From assembly GCF_001194135.2 (NCBI RefSeq), contig NC_068984.1, positions 25,566,355-25,630,354 on the forward strand: a DNA stretch of 64,000 nucleotides. The letters are read 5' to 3'. This stretch comes from Octopus bimaculoides (lineage: Eukaryota). The position numbers and the translations under genes were made by a program. Below are positions 1 to 12,512 of the stretch, piece after piece (the stretch's first letter is position 1; the number at the start of each line of letters is the position of its first letter). Under the pieces are notes generated by a model. It saw only the letters and a program-made list of their open reading frames with translations. It made no database searches and had not been told where the DNA came from.

Positions 1-126
1 CCACCATCCCCTGCCAGAGCCTCGTGGAGCTTTAGGGGTTTTCGCTCAATAAACACTCACAACGCCCGGTCTGGGAATCAAAACCGCGATCCTATGACCA
101 CGAGTCCACTGGGCCATTGCACCTCC
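1..126 (-). mobile_element. SINE family A, 5' part (cut by window edge)
   Basis: Reverse complement of the GGAGGCGCAATGGCCCAGTGG head seen at 2841, 9917 and 41132. Confidence 0.85.
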
Positions 127-1094
127 ATTGAGGAAACAGTAAACACATACAAACATCAATATGCAAACTAACTGAATGACTGAAGAAACAGGCATGTACC
201 TAATATCAAGGTGCATTGTGGTTAGTAAACTTTTTCAGTCATCATTATAAAATTAGCATTTATTTTGCACAAGTATTAACTTTTTATTTTTATAATTTCA
301 AAACAATATCATCATAGTAAGCAGAAGATTGTTGAGTGAAATATCGTTGTATTTCTATATCCGTTATGAAGCATCAAGTAATAATTCTCTTTTTGTTCCA
401 GAAACAGAATTATCACAAGCAGATTCACAAAAAAACAGTTACAGATCAATCAATAAGAAAAATGCTACCAGTTCAAATCATATCACCAACAGAGGGTTGT
501 TATCCCTGGTCAATTCATTTATCTCTCAATGTGCAAATCTATTAATAGATACCATGTACAGGCACGACTAAATGCTTCGTCATTTCTAAGAGGAGAATTC
601 AGTTGTTCAATCAACTGAACCCTTCAACTACTTGTTAAATAGACATGTCAATGGTTGAGTATTCCACAGACATGTGAATTGAAATTTGGTAGGCAGAAAC
701 TGTGTGGATCAAAGGAAGCTTATCAAATGGATAGTGCATAGAAGTCACAAGTCCAGCTTTGTTACATATGTCACGTTGATTTGACCTATTTGATGGTTCA
801 GAAGGCAACAACAATAAGATTCATAATTATATNNNNNNNNNNNNNNNNNNNNNNNNNNNNNNNNNNNNNNNNNNNNNNNNNNNNNNNNNNNNNNNNNNNN
901 TATATATATATATATATTTGAAAATAATTAATAGGAATAGCTTTACAGATAACTTTTTCCACTTTAATAATTAGATATGTTTTTCACTTTAATAATTAGA
1001 TGTCGTAAACATCTAATTATCAAAGTGGAAAAAATTATCAGAAAAACCATTCCTATTCATTTTTACAAATAATATATGATACTGTTCTATTTCT

Positions 1095-1360
1095 AATTCA
1101 TCACTATCATCATCATCATCTAATATTGTTTTCCATGCTGGCATGGGTCAGACGTTTTGACAGGATGTACCAAGGTCAGGAGCCACACCAAGTTTCATAG
1201 TCTGTTTAGCAATATTTGTACAGCTGGATGCCCTTCCTAATACCAACCACTTTACAGAGTGCATTGGGTGCTTTTTGCATGGCACCATCACTTAAGTTTT
1301 TTGTGTGACACCATCACCAGTGCTTTTTGTGGGATACCATTGCCAGTACTTTTACATGGC
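1095..1360 (-). mobile_element. RTE-type LINE 3' tail fragment
   Basis: (CAT)n followed by TTTCCATGCTGGCATGGG and GCTGGATGCCCTTCCTAA; reverse complement of the tail at 6100-6230. Confidence 0.7.
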
Positions 1361-1476
1361 TTTACATAGTTTTACTATCCTATTACAATTATATTATTTT
1401 AAAGTAAGAAACAGAAATGTATTTCAAACAATAATTTCATATTATACCCAGAAAAATATTTGAGCAAGAATAATCT

Positions 1477-1685
1477 TTTCTTCTATAGGCACAAGGCCAG
1501 AAATTGGGGGGAAGATCGATAGTCGATTACGATTACATTGAACCCAGTGTTCAACTGGTACTTAATTTATTGACCCTGAAAGGATGAAAGGCAAAGTCAA
1601 CCTCGGTGGAATTCGAACTCAGAACATAGCGACAGGCGAAATACTGCTATGCATTTTGTCCAGCATGCTAACGATTCTGCCAGCT
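1477..1685 (-). mobile_element. SINE family D
   Basis: Shared block GACCC.GAAAGGATGAAAGGCAAAGT..ACCTCGG.GGAATT.GAACTCAGAAC; other copies near 13230, 15001, 16265, 20380, 38222. Confidence 0.75.
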
Positions 1686-2840
1686 TGAAGATAAAAGTTC
1701 TAACATCATAATATACTGGAAAAGAAAATTAATCATAGACTACACTGTTTGGAGATAGCAAAGTAAGATGTGACAGGAGATTTTACTGCTGTTTCTATCA
1801 AGTTCTCTGGTCTGACAGTGGTTTCTTTCATTAACTCAAATACAGAGATAAAACAGCAATATGAAAAGAACTGACAAAGACCTTTTTATGATGGTAGGTG
1901 ACACAGATGAACTAGTGCTCAACATTTCTATTCAATTATTATATAAAGTGATTAACTTTCTTGCTTGGATTTCCTCCACTCCCACCATCTTTCATATAAA
2001 TGAATGGGCCAAGAAAAATATTTTTCTGATTACTATATTACTACAAACTGAAGAAGAGAGAACAATCAGAAGTCTGCCTACTTAACTGTTGATACATACA
2101 ACAATAACTACAGTCTGAAAATAACAGATTCCAATGTCAACCACAAGTTAATTTAAGATATGAATCCTATTGATAGCAAAAAGTCAGCCAACAGCTATCG
2201 AACTCAGCTGCCATAATGAAGTTGTCTTGAAAAACAACACAAGATATAACAATAGAGACAATCAACTACCATGTTTATATGAAGATTCTAGATTGTAGAA
2301 GACAGCAATAATAATAATGATTCACAGTAAGATGTCAAACTAAAAGCAATAGTAACCTCCTTTATATCTGTGAACAATTCTTAGTAATGTTTGTGTGGAA
2401 GATTTTTAGATTAAAAAACAAATAAGGAAGTATAGGAAACTACTAATTGAATATATCAATATGGAAAATGCAGCTTAATTTATGACAGTCTGAGGTTTCT
2501 TCTCCTAATTTGCAGCTAAATATAATTAATAAATGCAAGATATGGAGCTATTTCTAATGGTAACAAGAGAACATATACTTCTTGCATATATTTCTCAACA
2601 ATATTTTGTTTTCCATTAATAAGAAAATGTGATCAATAATAATTGTATTCCATCTTAATTATCTCCATATGTGTCCCCAGTAATTATTGTAACGAAGTGT
2701 ATTTAATAAAATCTATATATATTTGTGCATATGCATACATATAAGGACATGTAGCCAAAAAAAAAAGAAAAAAGAGAAAACAAAGACATAAATTTGTTCA
2801 TCAACAAGGTGTGGGATGAGTACACATTAATCATAAACCT

Positions 2841-3422
2841 GGAGGCGCAATGGCCCAGTGGTTAGGGCAGCGGACTCGCGGTCATAGCATCGCAGTTTCA
2901 ATTCCCAGACCGGGTGTTGTGAGTGTTTATTGAGCGAAAACACCTAAAGCTCCACGAGGCTCCGGCAGGGGATGGTGGTGAACCCTGCTGTACTCTTTCA
3001 CCACAACTTTCTCTTACTTCCTGTTTCTGTTGTGCCTGTAATTCAAAGGGTCAGCCTTGTCACACTGTGTCACGCTGAATATCCCCGAGAACTACGTTAA
3101 GNNNNNNNNNNGGTGTTGTGAGTGTTTATTGAGCGAAAACACCTAAAGCTCCACGAGGCTCCGGCAGGGGATGGTGGTGAACCCTGCTGTACTCTTTCAC
3201 CACAACTTTCTCTTACTTCCTGTTTCTGTTGTGCCTGTAATTCAAAGGGTCAGCCTTGTCACACTGTGTCACGCTGAATATCCCCGAGAACTACGTTAAG
3301 GGTACACGTATCTGTGGAGTGCTCAGCCACTTGCACGTTAATTTCACGAGCAGGCTGTTCTGTTGGTCGGATCAACAGGAACCCTCGACGTCGTAAGCGA
3401 TGGAGTGCCAAGAGAAGAAGAG
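2841..3422 (+). mobile_element. Full-length SINE family A with 12-bp TSD
   Basis: tRNA-like head with A/B-box-like motifs; TSD AATCATAAACCT at 2829-2840 and 3423-3434; 189-bp duplicate across a 10-N gap is probably an assembly artefact. Confidence 0.9.
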
Positions 3423-3534
3423 AATCATAAACCTAATATCTGTTGACAGGTTTCAATGGAATAATGTACCGGAATGAAGGCTAATCAAAAAAGGACGCCA
3501 CATTGCATAACTTTATTTACATCCAGAAACTTAC

Positions 3535-3603
3535 TACAAACTTGCAGGAATTTGAAACAAATGTTTTCTTTCTTAAATGTTACTCAAACCAAACACCCTA
3601 AGT
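3535..3603 (-). other. Candidate non-coding exon (69 nt)
   Basis: Minus strand acceptor TTTATTGTTTTTCCCTTTCAG and donor GTAAGT; stops in all three frames. Confidence 0.4.
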
Positions 3604-3691
3604 CTGAAAGGGAAAAACAATAAACTGAACGACTCTATTGACATTATGTATGCATTCATACATGTAGCTGCTTTCACCAGTAAAAACTTAC

Positions 3692-3859
3692 CCGTTTCTT
3701 TTTCTCTCTATTTCTTTCTCCCTCACATACACACCCAAATAGTTAACAGTGCACATTCTTCAGTTAATATTACATCTGTTATAGCTCTAACTCGCAAGCA
3801 GGAAAACGGTTGCCAAAAGAACATTTTGACTAACAAGTGGGTTAAGACAGTCTTTAAGA
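3692..3859 (-). other. Candidate non-coding exon (168 nt)
   Basis: Acceptor TTTTCTGTATTATTTCTCCACAG, donor GG/GTAAGT; leaves an 88-nt GT-AG intron (3604-3691); stops in all frames. Confidence 0.4.
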
Positions 3860-5573
3860 CTGTGGAGAAATAATACAGAAAATCAGATGAAATAAACTTA
3901 ACATAAGAATAAGGGTAATGGAGATACACAAGGTAGTAGAACTTTAAACTGTAGTATTTAGTTTCATTCCTCCTCATTCTGAGTTCAAGTCCTCTTATCG
4001 TCAAAAAATATAAATATCAGTAATAGTCTCTTAAAACTTGGCCTTATGCCTCAGAAGTAATAGATATATCAGAATAGCTTTTGACACAACACTGTACATA
4101 TGTTACAATATTCAATACATCTCCAACCCATGCATAATATAATATGTTAGGAAATATCATTAAGAAGAAAAGAATAACTTTATGAAACTTTATCAGTTAG
4201 TAACTAAGCAACAAGCATAGCAATATTTTCAGACACAATAAAATCATCTTTTCAAGCAAGCTAAATAGAGATAAATTACATAACAACTTGATTAAGCTAA
4301 TTCAATTGAAATTTTGGTCTTTGAAAATAAAATAGTTCTCAAATAAATTTCATCCAATTTAGATCAAAAGATATCAATGATAAATTTAAATACAATAATA
4401 ATTTTTCTTTTTTCCTTTTTTATTTTTTCAAATAGAAATTCTCAGATAAAATTAAACATGAAATGAATTAAATTACTTGCCAGGAGGAAGACAAACATTT
4501 AACAATCAGTCAGATGAGCATTTTAATTCTTGCACCCAGTTACTACTCTGGAGTGATCCCAGTACCAGATTTAAGTGAGATCAATGAAAAGGTAGATTAG
4601 ATATTCTATCATCTAAGCCACTGATTAACTCATTAATGAAGAACATTTCATAATTATGAGTCAAAATGGCTAAGTGGATAAAGTATAATTATTTCATATG
4701 AAGTGCATACTTGAGCCTCATTGATAGCATAAGAGACTTAAACCCTTTGACAATAAAGCAAGCAATAAAAAAACACAGCAGCAGCATGTTGATCAACAGT
4801 ACTGAGTTTGTTGATCGACAGCACCGAGAATGAATGAATGGTTAATGCTGTAACAGTCATCAAATAATGATCTTTGCCCTATAATTGATCATATGTAACC
4901 AAACCATTACCAATGGAACTAATAAAATAATAATCCAATTGCATGAATAGTATAGAAAGAAAGAATAAACAGCAAGCAATTAATTCTCAATCCTAATGGT
5001 ATTGGATCTATTTTTAAACATCTTATTAACATATTTCTTAGAACTCTAATTTTATATGAAGACTTACTAAAAATACACTACTTAAGGAGGATTTAAAAGC
5101 AAAAGCATTTAATGATAATCATCACTGCTTTACATATATTTTTCCATACTAGCATGGAATTCTTTGGCTGGATGCCCTTCTTCACAACAACCATTAGTTT
5201 CCAAGTAATGCCGTTTCGTTTCTGCCTCTCACCTCTGCATGTCAAACCATGAAGCTACCAAGCATATTGTTTATAGGAGACATAAATAAATGTCACCACT
5301 GCTCAAGCAGTGTCAATGTGAAGAAGACATGTTGAGATGCACATACAAACACACACATGCAAAAACACACATACACACATGGTTGGGGTGTGAACTTCAA
5401 AGCCATACAGCCACACCTGCACTTTTACATATCTCCACAGCAGAAATGTTAACATTGCCACCTCCCAATGAAGAGGATTTACCTGTAAGGGCCCTGTACC
5501 AGTGCCAATTAAAAAGCACCTGTGCCAGCACCATATAAGCATTTATGCAAATATCACATAAATGCTTATATAG

Positions 5574-6230
5574 TGACTGAGACCTTCGGAAATATGCTGT
5601 GCTTGAGAAGACCCGGCAAGCCAAGTGAGACCATAACCCGTGGCCTATGCCAGGGGTGTAACCAGCCCACTTATGCGTACCTTTCCTTCATTGTACACTA
5701 AACTCTGCTTGCGAAGACATGTTGAGGCAAGTGAAATCGAAATTGAAATCAAATTCGATGACAGCACCACATGACTGGCATCTGTGCTAGTGGAGCATTA
5801 AGAGCACCATCCAAGTGTGACCGTTACCAGAGCAGCTGACTGGCTTCCATGCCGGTGGCAAGTAAAAGGCACCATTCAAGCGTGATTGTTACCAGCGTCG
5901 CCTTATTGGCACTTGTGCCAGTGGCACGTGAAAAAATATTCAAGCGAGGTCATTACCAGTGCCGCTGGACTGACTCCTGTGCAGGTGGCACGTAAAAAAA
6001 CCATTTGAGCGTGGCCGTTGCCAGTACCGCCTGACTGGCCCTCGTGCCAGTGGCATGTAAAAGCACCCACTACAGTCTCGGAGTGGTTGGCGTTAGGAAG
6101 GGCATCCAACTGCAGAAACTCTGCCAGATCAGATTGGAGCCTGGTGCAACCAGCTGGTTCGCCAGTCCTCAGTCAAATCGTCCAACCCATGCCAGCATGG
6201 AAAACGGACGTTAAACAATGATGATGATGA
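5574..6230 (+). mobile_element. 5'-truncated RTE LINE: ORF2 end plus 3'UTR with internal repeats and (GAT)n tail
   Basis: Begins with ORF-end-like GACCTTCGGAAATATGCTGTGCTTGAGAAGAC (compare 40225-40275); repeated GTGGCACGTAAAAAGCAC units; ATG/GAT tail. Confidence 0.75.
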
Positions 6231-6410
6231 CCACAGTAAAAGCACCCAGTACACTCTGTAAAGTGGTTGGCATAAGGAAGGGCATCCAGCCATAGAAACT
6301 AAGCCAAAACAGACTGGATCCTGATGCAGCTCTCCTGCTTGCCAGTTCCTGGTCAAACTATCCAACCCATGCCAGTATGGGAAACGGATGTAAAAGGATG
6401 ATGATGATGT
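6231..6410 (+). mobile_element. Second RTE-type 3' tail, adjacent to the previous one
   Basis: TAAAAGCACCCAGTACAC...AGGAAGGGCATCCAGC...CCAACCCATGCCAG...(GAT)n. Confidence 0.7.
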
Positions 6411-6639
6411 GCTCATGCATGCACACACACACAATAGGCTCTGTACAGTTCCTATCCACACAAATTTATTCATGAAGCATTTGTTGGCCTGCAACTATAG
6501 TAAATGATTCTTGCCCAAAGCGGAATGCAGTAGGACTAAACCAGAAATTACATGGTTGTGCAGTTAACTTCTTGACTACACAGCCATGTCTGCACCAATG
6601 TAAACATATTTTCCCCATCAATTCTTGTTATCCTATCAT

Positions 6640-6868
6640 TCATCACCATCATTTAAGATCTGTCTTCCATGCTGATATGGGTTGAATGACTTGACAGGAA
6701 CTGACAAGGCCAGGGGCCATGCTAGGTTCCATTGTCTGTTTTGGCTTGGTTTCTACAGCTGGATGCCTTCCTAATGCCAACCACTTTACAGAGTGTACTG
6801 GGTGCTTCTTACATGGCACTAGTGCTTTTTATGTGACACCAGAATCAGTGCTTTTCACGTGGCACTGA
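6640..6868 (-). mobile_element. RTE-type 3' tail fragment
   Basis: Reverse complement of the same tail motifs. Confidence 0.65.
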
Positions 6869-7605
6869 GAAACAGAAAATTTAAATTCAGTTCTCTATAA
6901 ATAAAACAGGAAATTTAAAACAGAAAATTTAAATTCAGTTCCCTATGAAATAAAATGGAGAATTAGAGATTTAACTTACTCATATTTAGTACATCATTGC
7001 TTTCGTAAACATTATTTAACAAGACAGGATTTTCTAAGGTCAGACATGCATAAAAATAAACAATGTGTCATGAAAAGGAAATACCCCTCACCTAGCAGTA
7101 AATGTAAGCATTATACAATGGTTGATTTATATAAATATAACTGTAACCTCTATCAGGGCAGTAGAACATTAGATAAGGTTAAGTATATGGTAGAAAGCAT
7201 AGCAATGATACAGAAGATATATGTCAAAAGAACATACACAAAAATCCTAAGGTTTAAAAAAAGAAAAAATAAAGAGGAAAAAAAAATTAAGTGCCGACCT
7301 CTGAATCATTAAAAGTCAAACAAAATTAAGTCAATGATAAAAGGTAGAGAGGAAGTGAGAACTAGAAATAAAGTAAAACCAAAAAGGAAAAACGACAAAA
7401 GAACCCTTACAACTAAAAAAGTACCCTGACCAGCATCCTCTCAAAAAGAGGCAGGGTAGAAACAACAGTTAAATCAAAAGCAACAACAAAAGAGAAACAG
7501 AAAATGAAGCAAAGAGAACAGGAACTGTTACTTATGGTCATATCTAAACTTTAACACTCCTGAATTGTATGACATTGAGTGCAAGGGTAAAAATATATGT
7601 ATATA

Positions 7606-8171
7606 TGGATCTATTTTAAAACGGGGGCCACATTTTTCATTAATGTTTTACGTAGTGTTTTTGGTACCGAAAGACTTTCAAACTTCGTATACTTATCTAT
7701 TTTGTGTTATAGAACAAAAAAATATTTTTGTATTCGAATTTATTTCATGTAAAAAATTGTCTTATTTCAATAATTTCAACCAATCACTGACAAGTATTCA
7801 GTTGTTTATATTTACTCCTTTGGCTGATTAAGCAATGTAAAGCGTATTTAATCTCCATACCTTCGTTTTATTTGCTTTTTTCATTTTAAATTTGCTTTAA
7901 CCCTAACCCTAGGGTTAGGGTTAGGGTTAATTGTTTCAGAATCGTTTGTTTATGTAGTCGGCACTTAATGTATATCGGCTGAATGGACGTCAGTGATTGG
8001 TTGAAATTACAGAAATACGACAATTTTCACATGGAATAACTTATGGATTTCTGTTTTTTTTTTAAGAAGACTAAGAGAAAAAGATGTTTTATATGACACA
8101 TTCTACCAGTGTTCCAAGTTTCAAAGTGTTTCGTTAATGAAAAATGTGGCCCCCGTTTTAAAAAAGATCCG
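7606..8171. mobile_element. TA/TATA-flanked MITE with 37-bp TIRs
   Basis: TIRs 7607-7643 and 8134-8170 match 36/37; internal 21-bp inverted repeat 7771-7791/7989-8009; TATA on both flanks; central CCCTAA/TTAGGG palindrome. Confidence 0.85.
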
Positions 8172-8466
8172 TATATATAGTATATGCTTAGGTGAATGTA
8201 CACCAGTCTTTATTCATATTATGGTGTGATCCAATGAGGATATATATTCTCAAAGAGCATGAAATTATGATCATAGTACTATTAACATGTATATAAACAT
8301 TTATGTACATATATGTGTAAGTGCACCAGTGAATGAATGAAATGATTTATGAAATGATAGTTATTATTTATGTATGTATGGGTACAAATACTGATGAATG
8401 AATGCATATCAATGAAAACGCTGTGGAACTGTATCAGTGTAAATGTTAATTTTGGAGTTTTATTCT

Positions 8467-8912
8467 TTTTCTTTTATTCTTTTACTTGTTTCAGTCATTT
8501 GATTGCGGCCATGCTGGAGCACTGCCTTTTAGTCGAGCAAATCGACCCCAGGACTTATTCTTTGGAAGCCTAGTAATTATTCTATCGGTCTCTTTTGCCG
8601 AACTGCTAAGTTACGGGGACGTAAACACACCAGCATCGGTTGTCAAGCGATGTTTGGGGGGGGGGGGGACAAACACAGACACCCAAACATATACACACAC
8701 ATATATATATACTATGGGCTTCTTCTATACACACACATACATTTTACACGTATGACAAGTTTCCTGCAGTTTCTCTCTACCAAATTCCCTCACATAGCAA
8801 CAGTCAGCCCATAGTTACAGTAGAAGACACCCTAAGTGCCACACAGTGGAACCAAACCCAAAACCACACAGTAGTGAAGCAAAATTCTTAACTACACAGC
8901 CATGTTTGTGCC
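8467..8912 (-). mobile_element. SINE family B copy
   Basis: Diagnostic GGCCATGCTGGAGCAC...CCCCAGGACTTATTCTTTG...GGGGACGTAAACACACC body with internal microsatellite. Confidence 0.85.
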
Positions 8913-9914
8913 TATTCTTAACTACAAAACAAGGAAAGAATTCAATAAAAGGAAACAGAAAAGAAAAAGAGAATTCCTAAAGAATTTTCCAGTGTCAACA
9001 CAAAATGAATGCAATAATAAAACTGCCAACACAAATATTCTCTTAGTAATTTGATAGAAACTGGTCAAGTTACCCAGATAAAAAGATGTCTTAGCTTAAA
9101 ATAGAACTATAAAGTAAATTTTCTTTTAAGAAACTTCTAATTATATTGATATACAATCATTTGATATGTTGGTTGAGAGATCAGTTCATTTGATAGATAT
9201 GTTCACAACAACAATGGTAGAAAGTTTCTTCTCCTTCCCCAAGACTCTTTAAAAAAAAAATCAATTCTTTTGGCAAGCATTTATAGATTTAATCAGCACA
9301 ATCTATTTTTGGTTCATTCATTCTGCTTTTTTTTTTGCTTTTCTTTTTGTTGTCTTTTTTACTTTTCTTTTAGTAACTTCACACTTCAGGATTATATGCC
9401 AACATGATCACATTAACATCACAGGATATAAAAATGAAACTAACATTCACTCATTCTATTCCAAATAAAAATAGTTGTCATATACAACAGCATCACAACT
9501 GAAAAAAACATCTTGTATAATATAGACCAGCCATCAATGAATGCTTTTTTTTTTTTTTTTTTTTTTTGTTTTTTCAATATTTTTCTATGTCAATAATATT
9601 AGCTGCCTCATTGGGTTGCAGCCATTGAAGGATTTTCACATATAGTAACTTTGCGTGTGTGACAGTGTGCTGGAGATAAGAAGGTGAGTTTAGGATAATT
9701 TTTGTTGAGTTTGTGCAATGTCAAGTTGGAGGTAAATTGAGCAGCAGATACGAAGGCTTCTTTAGCAAGAGTGATACTAATGTGATGGTAGGCAGATTCC
9801 ATGAAGTTGATATTGAATTTTAAAAGGTTGAAAGCTTGTTGATTGTGCAATACACAAAGGCATCCTTTGGTCTTCTAGCAGCTATACTATTTATGTTGTA
9901 GTAATGGACAAAAC

Positions 9915-10234
9915 GAGGAGGCGCAATGGCCCTGTGGCTAGGGCAGCGGATTCGCGGTCGGAGGATCGTGGTTTTGGTTCCCAGAACAGGCGTTGTGTGT
10001 GTTTATTGAGCGAAAACACCTAAAGCTCTACGAGGCTCCGGCAGGGGGGGGGGGCGACCCCTGTTGTACTCTTTCGCCCCAACTTTCTCTCACTCTCTCC
10101 CTGTTTCTTGAGTAAAGCTGCAATGGACTGGCATCCCGTCCAGCTGGGGGGGGGGGGGAACACATACACCATAGAAACCGGGAAACCGGGCCCATGAGCC
10201 TGGCTAGGCTTGAAAAAGGGCGCATAAATAATAA
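9915..10234 (+). mobile_element. SINE with family A head but different 3' body; 12-bp TSD
   Basis: TSD AATGGACAAAAC at 9903-9914 and 10235-10246; diverges from family A after about 10105. Confidence 0.85.
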
Positions 10235-10349
10235 AATGGACAAAACCCTTCCAGTTGTTGGTGGTAATATCATACATTATACAAATGCATCATACAATGC
10301 ATTTGTATAATGAGATAAGAGAGATAAGGGAGAGAGAAAGAGAAAAAGA

Positions 10350-10690
10350 GAATCTCCTTGTCACCAGGAGAGGTAACAACTCCATGAACTCTTTCCAACT
10401 TGTTCTTACATAGACAACTATGCTTTCAGGACACCTGCCTCTAGTACTTATTAGGTTATGTAGGTAACAGAAGCTATCACCTTCTCTGGAGAAGTTATTT
10501 CATGGGTTCTCTTACTGCCAGCTACTCCTGCATATCTGCTGCATATAAAGTATTTGAATTTGATCCCACTGCATCTGTTGTGCACCCAAAGTTTATATTT
10601 GGTATGCAATACAGAATTCCTACCTACACATTTTCTGCACCTTCCTGGTAAAAGTAGAGCACCATCTTCTTTTCAGCTAATAGTGGAGAA
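10350..10690 (-). mobile_element. Degenerate RTE ORF2 fragment (zinc-finger plus late RT region)
   Basis: Minus translation CRKCVGRNSVLHTKYKLWVHNRCSGIK and DSFCYL..IS..GRCPESIV..VRTSWKEFMELLPLLVT, homologous to 51196-51460. Confidence 0.75.
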
Positions 10691-12512
10691 CTGGCAGCTG
10701 ATAAAGGGTGTCCACCCTTCTAACCAAATGCATTTACCAAGTAGTGTTCAACAGAAAAAAGAAATTATTTCCTTTGTAGACTTCAGAGAGAAACATTTTA
10801 ACTTCTAAGAAACTGAAGAAAGTTTGTAATTTTTAGGAATAAATTATGATAATGATGATAATTTTATTAGCCTAATTTCCCTGTATTTTTTCAAATCATA
10901 ACATCTCTTTGTACCTGTCAGTGAAAATACTAAGAAAACACAAAGCACTTGAAATTGGAGAGAAAGAACAGGGAATGTGTCTTCAACCACTAAGCTACTT
11001 TGTTAACAGAGAAAAGGTCTCATAGGAACTTAGAAGAATATAATAAGAAACCTATCACAAATAATACCAAGCACAATATAATTCTAGAAATTGAGAGAAA
11101 TAAATTTTATATTTGCTAACCAATCTCTTCCACCACCAAAAAATTAGTTTTTTTGATGTAATATAATAATTTCCATTTCAGGTTTTGCTTCATTTTGTTA
11201 GCTAAGAGTTGAGGAATTTCAAGGTAAACTGATAGTAATAAAAGAGGGGAAGATTAGCAAAGAGAGAAGAATAGAAAAGAGTAGAAAAGAGATCCTCACA
11301 GACAGTGTGTCTAAGGTAACATGACTAGTACATCTAAAATGCAAAGGAATCGAAAAATAGAAATCTGTCAAAAAGTATAATTTGTCTACAACTAAGAAAT
11401 ATTTACTCAACCCAATGATAAAAATACTGACATACATTCACAAAACAGAAGCTTTTTCTAAATATGAAGTATGTATTTTAGCATCTATGCTGATACATAT
11501 ATCAAGATAACAGGCTATAGTAGTAAAGAGAATGAGAGAAACCTTACTCTAGGCTAGATTATAGGACAACTATATATAATTAGAAATATTATTGTTATTA
11601 GAAAGCAAGTGAGTAAACAAAAATTAGGATAGTTACAAAACTTTTAAGAATAGTAACTGAAATGCTAAACGCTTTAGTGAAAATGATATAGAGATTAGTC
11701 TGCATCTAATTAACAAAATTATAACGAGACTTTTGTCTTCAATGAATGGTGAGTAGGCAGCATTCTTCAATTTCAACAAAGCAAAGTGTAGTGCAGTAGA
11801 CTAGATAATTAAAGCAATTTAAATATTATAACAAATTTAAAAGGTATACAATGCAGAGGCTACACATCTACATTCAAAATGAAATATCATCTCTTTAGTT
11901 TAATGTCTATTTTCCCTTGCTAGCAAAGAATGAATGAGTCAGCAATGTTGATTCTTTCCATTTAACAATAATGCATGCATAATTTCATTTATAAATCTAA
12001 AACTTTATCTTAATTCTTCTTTGGCCAGCTCTACCTCAAAGACTTTTATAAAGTCAGAGCTCATTTACAAGAGAAATTTCAGTTATCTGTAGAATACCAA
12101 CACACTCAGCCATTGGAAACCTCTATTTGATATGTGAGCAGATCATAACTTTCTGTGATCAGATGGATAACAGATATCAATGTACAACAACTAAAAGCTA
12201 TCTATGGATCAAAAGTAACATTATATTTAGCAAAGAAAGTTCATAATTATGCATGTGTATAACTTTTTAATGATACATTTCAGTAAGACAAATGAAAAGC
12301 CAGTTTTCAAATCAAAATCTTCTGTACTGTTTTTGCATGTTTTGCTGACTTGTGCAGGCAATCCTTTGTCACTATTCTTGCTGTCAAAAATACCATGAAC
12401 CAATGATTAACCTGTTGGAAATCAGTAACTTTTGTCCACCAACTATGATATTAAATTAAAACAAATGGTAAACAAATAAGTGTTCAAAGTTCAAGTATGT
12501 TTTTATCTAAAT

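Noticed and set aside
2841-2915. tRNA-like sequences (also 34788, 41132, 53076)
   Set aside because: They are SINE heads followed by SINE bodies; no complete cloverleaf supported.
2913-3300. 189-bp tandem duplication in SINE A (also 41226-41290 repeated after 41300)
   Set aside because: The copies abut 10-N gaps: typical unmerged contig overlaps.
5830-6070. Spaced GTGGCACGTAAAAA repeats as a CRISPR-like array
   Set aside because: Eukaryotic context, the intervening sequences are mutually similar, and it is part of a retroelement UTR.
6980-7033. Further minus-strand mini-exon candidates (also 36804-36879, 41825-41852, 56169-56358)
   Set aside because: One or both splice sites plausible but no coherent frame or homology; expected by chance.
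7897-7930. Chromosome end-to-end fusion scar
   Set aside because: Wrong orientation, very short and inside a MITE.
9603-9683. Plus-strand exon with AAG/GTGAGT donor
   Set aside because: Stops in all frames, no partner exon; chance sites are common at this AT content.
9608-9850. Faint resemblance of the minus ORF to Penelope RT motifs
   Set aside because: Too weak to support without a profile search.
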